Shown: positions 54,254 through 61,892 of the stretch, in pieces | How the letters are laid out: each line of letters begins with the position of its first letter | Numbering within the stretch: the stretch's first letter is position 1 | Assembly (NCBI GenBank): GCA_019828565.1 | Contig: JAHDYR010000062.1 | Location: 1,436,421-1,500,420, forward strand | Length of the DNA stretch: 64,000 nt | DNA from: Carpediemonas membranifera BICM | Lineage: Eukaryota > Protista > Fornicata | Direction: 5' to 3' | Translations under genes and position numbers: made by a program | The notes under the pieces: model-generated | Databases searched by the model: none | Told to the model about the DNA's origin: nothing | The model's input: only the letters and a program-made list of their open reading frames with translations

Positions 54254-56527
54254 TGTCGCGCAGTTTAGTATCATCGATCATGTGCTATTGAAGGGTCAAA
54301 CAATGTGTTTACACTGCGCAACACTGCCCTGTCTCCCTCCTACTCACGTCTTAAGTCGGTAGGGAGATCGTCTTCTCCAGGGCTTCCACAAAGCGTCTTC
54401 TTCGTGGACGTCAGCTGCAAACATCACAATCGCTCACACGTCGTCTCATTGTCTTCTATTCCACATTAAATTCACTTCTACACTTGTATATGCTGGTAAT
54501 GGTGTTCATCGTCGGATCTTATATGTCATCTTCATCTATGATCAGCTGCAACAAGATGGAGATATATACGATCAAAGCCTCCATCAAGCAAGCTTTCAGA
54601 CAGAACTACACCGAAGAACGGAGAGTGGGGGATTACGCCGCAGCAAAATATCTCTACTCATGCCTGCTGGCCCGGCTCGCGGTTGAATGCTATGCGCAGC
54701 GCCGGCAACTCCCCCTACATGACGCCGACTTCCACAACGGACTGCTCACTCATCTACGCGGCGGTCATCCGGGTCAGGCCTACGCGGCCATCGTGCAGTC
54801 GCTCGACACTCTGCCGATGTGGCGGGAGCCTACCACGCAGGATCTGGTCGCGTAGCTCGAAGGTCGTGCGGAGTCGCATGGAGTGAGTCCCAGTCTCCGG
54901 AAGTGGTTCATCCGATACGCCAACTCTGTGAAGCTGTGGCTCGCCCGCACGGTGACGACGTACCGTGACAGGCTACAGGGCACCCTCGCCCGACTCGAAG
55001 AAGCTCTCGCAGGTGTTGGCTCTCCGGCCTTCTTCGAGCAGGAGTTGGCCGGCGTTCACGCCATCCTCAACATGGTCAACCCTGAGTTCCTTGCGTGTCT
55101 CCTCTCGCTGTTCTGGGCGACTCACATGGGTGAGAACGACGGGCTCCCAGTCTCCCAGGCTGCCCCACGCATTCTCTCTTGCGTCTGGGCAATTGCTGAC
55201 GGAGTGGAGACGTTGAGTGGCCTCATCAGCCACTTCAACGGGGAGTACTCGATGTCGCTCCGCCAGCCTCGCCTCGTGCCGATCGTGCCCATGGCCCCCG
55301 TCCGACCGGGCTTCATGGCCTACAGTGAAACGATGGGCCTACTGAACGGGAACTTCTGTCATCGTGTGGGAATTAATCACGCACTCCCACACGCCACCAA
55401 ACCGTTGACAGAAGAGCAGAAAAGACGCTACCGGGACAACCCCAGGTCAATGGGCCGTCTGCTCAGCCTGAGCACCGATGGGGTCTGTGTGGCGGTGACT
55501 ATTAAGAGAGGATTCGGCCGCTATCGGCCACAACGTGATGCGAGCATGCCTGTTCGAAAGCGAGCGAAAGGGCGGGAGAAAGAGCGCCCCCGACTCGGGA
55601 CCAATAATGCCGAGGCTCCGCCCGCGCCGGATCCTGATGCCCACCTCATGGGGTTCGACCCGGGCGCGAGGTCCATCGGAGGGTATTACATCAGGCACCC
55701 CGATGGCACCACCAGCTCCGGCGTCCTTCCAAAGTGCGGATACACTAAGACGCCAAGTTTCGGCTTTGATATGACGGCCGCGTCGTTCAAGAGCACAAGA
55801 CTAGTGAGTATCAACAACTCTATTAGGTTTGTGCTGGACAACGCGAACGACATTTTCGAGGCTGGAACGCGTAAGTCTTTCCGCCGAGTGCGCTTTGCGA
55901 ACCACATCCTTCGCCAGAAGCACTTCGCCCGCTGCGGCCAACAGTTGGCTCGGGAGTTCGGTTGGCTTCGCCACCATCCCATCGCCACCCCCATTCGCCT
56001 GAAAGCCTTCTACGGGAGCTCGGGATTCACCACGCCTACTGGTATGTTCATTCCTTGCGCGCCATATCGAAAGTTCGCGAGAGAGATAGTACCCCTTCTC
56101 AAGAGTCGATCTTAACATGGTTAACGAGGACCGCACCACCGTCGTCTGCCCTCACTGCCACGCCCCCTACAAGCGAGTTCGTCCGCGTGATGACCAGCAC
56201 GTTCACCCACATCGTGTGATGCTCTGCGAAAATCCACAGTGCCGTGGTGCTCAGTGGCGCGCAACAGTTCCTGATGCTCTGAATGTTGATCATCGGGACA
56301 AGAGTGCTGCAGAGAACATCCTGTGGCGTTCTCTTGCCACGGAAGATGAGCTCAGTGGCTCTCCGTTCAGTCGCATATCCCACGTCTTCAAACTTCATTC
56401 CAGTATCATCAATTGGCTAACCGCCAACATTCGTCTACGGACGGATGATGTTGTGCAGTTTGGCACTTTGATCGTTCCTTTCAGGCCCAGTCTGGAGGTT
56501 CGAAAAATGTGTTTATACTGCGCAACA
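54254..56527 (+). mobile_element. Putative non-autonomous Fanzor-carrying element bounded by homologous palindromic units
   Basis: Fanzor ORF between unit L (54254-54323) and unit R (56449-56527). The outer ends TGTCGCGCAGT / ACTGCGCAACA are imperfect inverted repeats. No transposase and no clear TSD. Confidence 0.55.
54556..56380 (+). pseudogene. Fanzor1 (eukaryotic TnpB homologue) RNA-guided RuvC endonuclease, interrupted by TAG at 54853-54855 and a frameshift at about 56090-56113
   Basis: N-terminal YTIKASIK; SLSTDGVCV; RuvC-I GFDPG (55657); helix RRVRFANHILRQK; AFYGSSGF...CAPYRKF; RuvC-II VNEDRTT (56126) with CPHC; CENPQC; RuvC-III RDKSAAENI (56297). The last frame stays open to 56716. 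Confidence 0.88.
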
Positions 56528-56550
56528 GTCACGTGGGTATTTTCAGCCTA
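56380..56550 (+). ncRNA. Candidate omegaRNA scaffold/guide region of the Fanzor locus (boundaries approximate)
   Basis: Lies directly downstream of RuvC-III. Long stem 56446-56531 (TGTTGTGCAGT pairs with ACTGCGCAACA, G-U pairs) with an inner stem CCTTTCAGG/TCTGGAGG. Confidence 0.45.
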
Positions 56551-56735
56551 CCCTTGTTGTCCCCGACATCATTTATGTACTCTACCCGTGTTGCTGTCTG
56601 GGTACTTTGGGGAGCCGGGTGGTGCTCGAGCTAGGGCCGTCCCGTTTACTACACAGTCTATACACACAAGCACGATACAGCCAAGGACACACCCGTGTCC
56701 ATGCATCGTACGATAGCCAATGAGGCTCTTGGCCC

Positions 56736-57027
56736 TCATGTCTGCTGAGAAATGAGGAGGACGTTCTCGCCCTTGAGCAAGATGGTGCCAATGACACGTC
56801 GAGTCTCCTTCTTACGGTTAACCTCCACAGCATCAGCAAGCGTGAGGTTCATGAACTCGTCGAAGCCGACAATGCGGCCCTTGATGAAGAAATCACGCAT
56901 GTCTCTCAGCCAGACGGTGACGGTCTCTTTGCCCTTCAAATAGGAGTACACCTGGTTATATGTAAACAGTTAGGAGGAATGAACACACAATAGGTTCAAG
57001 AACGCCCTTCGCGCTTTTCCTGTTCAT
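56736..57027 (-). CDS. SNRPE: Small nuclear ribonucleoprotein SmE, one intron
   Basis: Exon 1 MNRKSAKGVLEPI (57027-56989); exon 2 ...YSYLKGKETVTVWL...GRIVGFDEFMNLTL...GTILLKGENV. Confidence 0.93.
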
Positions 57028-57186
57028 CGTCTGACCGGGCGTCGAGTCGCGGCAAAGGAAGAAGGTTCAGCGAGTCTGACTGACCCAAGCCGCCCCGCCA
57101 TCTCCCAGCATTGTCATAACATTTACTTATGTTCAACAGGACGGGGCCGGCTGGAGCAGTAAAACTACCAAACGACCAATAGATGC

Positions 57187-60153
57187 TCACGCCTCGTCAG
57201 GCTTGGGGAACTTTCTCTCGAGCCAGGGGATTCGCATCTCCACGAGGTCCTCGGGCCCGATGCCCTTGAGGTCTCGCGTGCCGACAGACTCGAAGAGAAG
57301 CCCGCCGACCTCTGTGAAGTCAGCCTCCTTGATGAGCTCGGCGGTGGCCTTGCTGAGCAGGATCTGGCCGCCTGCCGCCGCCTTGCAGACCCTCGCGGCC
57401 ATGTTGACGTCCATGCCGAGGAAGTCGACCTTGCGGCTGACAGTGTCATACAGGAGCTGGGGCGTGCCGGTGTGGAAGCCCATGCGGATCCTCAGACCGC
57501 GGAACAGGGGCACGCGGTGCTGGGTCGACCTGGGGCAGCTGAGGCAGTGGTCAGGGAAGTGGCCCGTGTCCTTGGGGGCGCACGCGATGTCGCAGCTGAG
57601 GCAGTACGAGGCGCCGGCGGTGTACTCCGAGGCGTAGGCGGGGTGGGCGAGGTCCGGCCAGTCCGCCGCCAGCAGGGCCATCTGGGCCACGGAGCAGAAC
57701 TTGGCGCAGTCCGCAGGTGAGCTGAACGCCACCATGAACGCGTCGCCCTCGCGCTTGATCTCCATGTTAGGCCAGATGATCCTATGCGCGGTGAGGACAT
57801 CCCTCATGACCTGGGTGTGAACCTGCAGCGCCTTGGCCATGGCGTTGGGGTCTGCCGCCCACATGGCGTCGCTCGACTGGACGTTGGAGAAGAGTATCGT
57901 CGTCGTGTCCGACGATAGGTCAGCAGTGTCGCTAGCCCCGAACATCACCACGTTGAAGCTCAGGTTGCAGAACTGTGTAGTGACGGGAGCAGCCGTCTCG
58001 ATGGGGCTGGCCTCCTCGAACGCCTCGCCCTCCGTGTCGACCGAGTCGTAATGACTGAAGACGACTGAGCCCGAGTCCTCCACTGACCCGGGCATGCGGG
58101 CCTCGAAGTCGTCCGAGTCGGAGTCCGAGATGATGCCGGCCGACATGATCTCGATGTTGTCGTCGTCACAGATGCGACAGCCCGCAGGCAGCCGCCGCTC
58201 GGCGAAGGGCATGCGGGAGACCCGGTCGGCCTCCTCTGCTTGTGCAGACGTCCCGCGGTCCAGGCCGACGAAGCCCTCGTCGGTCCAGTCCGTGATGCGG
58301 CGGGCAGCGATGCCCACGCGGGGGGATACCGGAATTCCGGAAACAGTGTAGCCCCGCCGGAAGGGGTTAGCGGCGGGGTTGGATCGAGACCTGCCCCGAC
58401 CCAGGAGACGGGACGAGGAGGACGACACGACGGTCTTTCCACTGGGCAGGAACCTCTCAGTCGAGGATTGCCGTTCAGACCAGGCCCGCTGCATGGAGTT
58501 GGGCGACCCCCCCGTCTGAAGGGAGAGCAGTTCAAACGAAGGCGTCGTGCACCTGTCGTCGCCCTCCCCGAACTCGTTGTGGTGACCGCTCATCGTCGAC
58601 CCGACAGTGAACGTGCTGAACTCACCGCCGGACAGGTGGATGAGGATCGGTGCCCCGATTGCCGCACGGGCCTTGCGTTGGAGCGTGACGATGTCCTCGG
58701 ACAACACCACATAGGCTGCGAAACACCAGAAGATGACGGCGCCGTACCTTGTGTGGAACTCGCGGCTGATCGGGTCAGTGAGCGACAGCACGCGGCTCAG
58801 CAGCTGGTTCTTGGTCCCGGACATCAGAATGAGTCGCTCCCCGAGTCGCACCGAGTTGGCGGTCCTTAGCCCGCGTGCAGAGACCTGGTGCACGAAGACA
58901 AGTGAGAGGATCTCATAACCGCGGTGGTCGAAGCCGCACACCTTCCCGAGCGGGTGGAGCGCGCTCATCTCGGTCATCAGCGTCGTGATCTCCTCCGAGG
59001 GCGCGTCACACCCCGACCATCGGGCGTACACCTCTCCCGCAGGCTTGTGGTCGATCTCTTCGATCATAAACCCGTCCTCGGAAATCTTCGTGACCATGCC
59101 GCCGGTGGCACTGGGAGAGAACCCGTAGCTGGAGACTGTCTTGACGTCGCACTCCGTCCAGAACGCCACCACGGCCATGGCGTTGGAGCTGACAAGCTCT
59201 TGCGTGACAATCCACATCGGGTCGCGATCAATGAGCTCCTCCCCACTTGCATTGCCCCCCACGATGCTCACATCGGTCCCGAAGAACGTCTGGATCGAGC
59301 TAATGATGTCCTCCTCGTGGCCTTGGGTGTTCAACACGGCCACGGCCTTGGGGACCTGGCGCCGGGACGAAGACACCTCCATGCCCGCGGACTGGCACGA
59401 GATGGACGCCGCCTCGAAGCCTATGACCGGAGCAGGCATGTCCTCCTTGCAGACTGCCCCGATCCCGACTACGCCTGAGTCGACCAGTGCAAAGATGGCG
59501 ACATGCATACCAGTGACGAGGGAGTCCTCTGTGATGGCCGCGGGGTGCTCGCAGATGCCGATGAAGGGGATTTTTGTCCCGAACTCCTGCTGTATTGTCT
59601 GCTGAAGTGCGGTGGGGTCGTGCTTGGGGTGCGAGGTTATCATGAGGAAGCTCGGCTTGCGGTTATACAGCTTGCACTTCAGATGGAAGGCCGCGTCGTG
59701 CACCGCTGCGGCCGTGTCTCGGAAGGGTGATACCGCGGTGGCAGTGATTGTCTTCTCGCGAGGCCGATATTGCTCATCGCTTTCACTGTACTTGCTGACG
59801 AAAAAAGTAGTGCTCCGCTCGAACCTCAGTCTCTGCAGCAGCATGTGGAAGTCCAGGGAGTGCTTCGTCAGCATCCCCAGAGGCGTGGTGATCCGTACTG
59901 GCTGGCCGTACTTGCAGCCAACGGACGAATAGAGCGAATCGACGCTGAGATTGGCCATTGGGATCTTCAGACAGCGCGTCCGGGACCTCTTAGTACCTTC
60001 AATCGCCTCGTCAGGCCGTGCTTTCTTGTCATGTTCACTTGGCTTGAAGTTATCGTGGAGAATCGCTCTGAATTGCACTCTTTGCGACTGTGTTTCTCTG
60101 CCACGTCGTTTTGTTTTCGATCGGGGCCTCGAGGGCATGGTACCACCATCCAT
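57187..60153 (-). CDS. FIST-domain sensor fused to a class III adenylyl-cyclase-like domain
   Basis: FIST: IPFIG, SIVGGNASG, GGMVTK, IEEIDHKPAGEVY, HPLG, FWC, GGEF. Cyclase: ILFSNVQSS, EIKREGDAFMVAF, GLRIRMGFHTG, DFLGMDVNMAARV, GGQILLS, LKGI. Confidence 0.88.
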   Translation of the reverse strand: MDGGTMPSRPRSKTKRRGRETQSQRVQFRAILHDNFKPSEHDKKARPDEAIEGTKRSRTRCLKIPMANLSVDSLYSSVGCKYGQPVRITTPLGMLTKHSLDFHMLLQRLRFERSTTFFVSKYSESDEQYRPREKTITATAVSPFRDTAAAVHDAAFHLKCKLYNRKPSFLMITSHPKHDPTALQQTIQQEFGTKIPFIGICEHPAAITEDSLVTGMHVAIFALVDSGVVGIGAVCKEDMPAPVIGFEAASISCQSAGMEVSSSRRQVPKAVAVLNTQGHEEDIISSIQTFFGTDVSIVGGNASGEELIDRDPMWIVTQELVSSNAMAVVAFWTECDVKTVSSYGFSPSATGGMVTKISEDGFMIEEIDHKPAGEVYARWSGCDAPSEEITTLMTEMSALHPLGKVCGFDHRGYEILSLVFVHQVSARGLRTANSVRLGERLILMSGTKNQLLSRVLSLTDPISREFHTRYGAVIFWCFAAYVVLSEDIVTLQRKARAAIGAPILIHLSGGEFSTFTVGSTMSGHHNEFGEGDDRCTTPSFELLSLQTGGSPNSMQRAWSERQSSTERFLPSGKTVVSSSSSRLLGRGRSRSNPAANPFRRGYTVSGIPVSPRVGIAARRITDWTDEGFVGLDRGTSAQAEEADRVSRMPFAERRLPAGCRICDDDNIEIMSAGIISDSDSDDFEARMPGSVEDSGSVVFSHYDSVDTEGEAFEEASPIETAAPVTTQFCNLSFNVVMFGASDTADLSSDTTTILFSNVQSSDAMWAADPNAMAKALQVHTQVMRDVLTAHRIIWPNMEIKREGDAFMVAFSSPADCAKFCSVAQMALLAADWPDLAHPAYASEYTAGASYCLSCDIACAPKDTGHFPDHCLSCPRSTQHRVPLFRGLRIRMGFHTGTPQLLYDTVSRKVDFLGMDVNMAARVCKAAAGGQILLSKATAELIKEADFTEVGGLLFESVGTRDLKGIGPEDLVEMRIPWLERKFPKPDEA

Positions 60154-60298
60154 TGTGTTGGATTATTCTTAAGTTCGTATTGGGCCGAGAAATTTGGAGA
60201 TCCACGCAGATTGAGAGAATCAGATCGTATCCAGGCTTGATATACTCAATACACTGACTAAAGCTGACTTTACAAACAAATTCGTCAAAACTTCGGGG

Positions 60299-61699
60299 TC
60301 ACCCGCCTGTCTCCAGCAGGTCGACGAGGTCCTCTATTGCCATGGTCAGTCGACTCAGGTCCACAGTCGTATCGCCCAGACGGACCTCGCCCTCCCTCGG
60401 GCCGACCATGTCGACGTCGACATCTTCCCCGATGATGTCTGGCAGTAGGTTCAGGTCAGCCTCAGTGACAGCGGCGGCGGACTCATTCTCGACTGGCTCG
60501 GCGTGTATCGCCGGGAAGTGCGTCTCCTCCCCGAAGCCGACGGCGACGGACTCGTGGACGTCGTCGAACCACGGCGGGAGGTCCATGTCGACCCGGTTGG
60601 CTCGGATCAGCTGCAGGGCCGCCATCTTGGCGTCATGCCCACTCCGCAGTGTCCGTCGAGCCGCCCGGTGGGCGTCTGCAGTCGCCCGAGTCGTCTCGAC
60701 GACAACTCTCGCGATGAGTCCGTCGATGACGTCCGGGTCCTGGCAGGCCTTGAGCGTCGCGAGATATTCCTTGGGAAGCTTGTTCCTATCGATGCTGGCC
60801 TGGGTCTGCGCCATGTCAGCCTTCGAAACGGGGGCCGCGGCTGACCCACACACGGGGCATACGAACGTCTGCACTGTCCCGTCGACCACGGTGCGGCCCA
60901 CGTCCGTAGTCTCGAGCTTGATGCTGAAGGGGAAGCGGCCGTTGATCTTGACCTTGTCGATGCCGGTGAACTCCGTCGCCAGGCTCCGTCTCAGCGGGCC
61001 CAGCGCGTCCAGCGTGCGAGCCCGGAACTTGACCCGACCCGACTTCTCCACAATGATGCTGATGCTGGGGTCGACCGGCAGGTGCCGTAGGCTGCCCGAG
61101 TTCGGGTCATAAATGATGGTCAGCCCCCGCTCCGTGCCCGTGAACCCCGGCCCGGTCCGAATCCACCAGCCCCCCTTCGGCCGCCGTCTCCCCACTGCAC
61201 CGCCGCCCTCTAGCTTGTACTCAAGCTCGTACTTGAGGTCGTCGCGCTCGGCGATGCAGTCTGCGGAGCGGTGTGGGTCGAAGGGCTCGTTGACGTTGCA
61301 CCGTGGGTTCGGGCACGTATACAAGATGTCCGCAGCCTTCGCCTCCTTGCCGAAGTCCTTGTTCACGCCCTGTGAGATCATCTCAAGGCGGTATGTGATG
61401 GCGTTGATGAGGAATTTGAAGTCGATGGTGTAACATGGACCTGTCGCTGCCTTCTCGGCGGCATTGGCGGGGGTTGCGTGCTCGATGATCAATCCATCGG
61501 CTTGCAATTTGCCAGTAATATGCTGTATTTGCTTCTCAGAGAGCCCGAGGGTGTTGCAAAGCTCGGTCGTCGTGACAGTTTGTGATCCAGCCATGATGCG
61601 GTTAAGAATGTAGTTCATTACAACATAATACCGTGGTTTGTACATCATATTGAGCGTTAAATACGCCAATGCCGACAGACTATTGGTTTTGGGCGGCAT
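60299..61699 (-). CDS. Transcription factor TFIIE alpha subunit-like, with a large insertion in the Zn ribbon
   Basis: Winged helix ELCNTLGLSEKQIQHITGKLQADGLI, YTIDFKFLINAITYRL, YTCPNPRC ... FVCPVCGS, later LPPWF. Confidence 0.75.
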   Translation of the reverse strand: MPPKTNSLSALAYLTLNMMYKPRYYVVMNYILNRIMAGSQTVTTTELCNTLGLSEKQIQHITGKLQADGLIIEHATPANAAEKAATGPCYTIDFKFLINAITYRLEMISQGVNKDFGKEAKAADILYTCPNPRCNVNEPFDPHRSADCIAERDDLKYELEYKLEGGGAVGRRRPKGGWWIRTGPGFTGTERGLTIIYDPNSGSLRHLPVDPSISIIVEKSGRVKFRARTLDALGPLRRSLATEFTGIDKVKINGRFPFSIKLETTDVGRTVVDGTVQTFVCPVCGSAAAPVSKADMAQTQASIDRNKLPKEYLATLKACQDPDVIDGLIARVVVETTRATADAHRAARRTLRSGHDAKMAALQLIRANRVDMDLPPWFDDVHESVAVGFGEETHFPAIHAEPVENESAAAVTEADLNLLPDIIGEDVDVDMVGPREGEVRLGDTTVDLSRLTMAIEDLVDLLETGG

Positions 61700-61892
61700 C
61701 GCGGCTCGATAGTTGCATAACCTGCCGTGTGTGTCACTCGACCGCCCAGGCATGAGGACAAGAGAACGGCGTGCCCAGAAGCTGCTACTGTGCCCGTACA
61801 TCATAATATGTGATAATTCATTCGAATGGAGTAAGTGGAGATTTATGATCAGGTCGGCAGTACTGGCTTCAATCCGTGAATAAACACTGGAG

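Noticed and set aside
56380-56716. C-terminal 110 residues of ORF 56117-56716 as part of the Fanzor protein
   Set aside because: TnpB/Fanzor proteins typically end soon after RuvC-III. This stretch runs through the hairpin unit into flanking DNA, so it is probably read-through after loss of the native stop.
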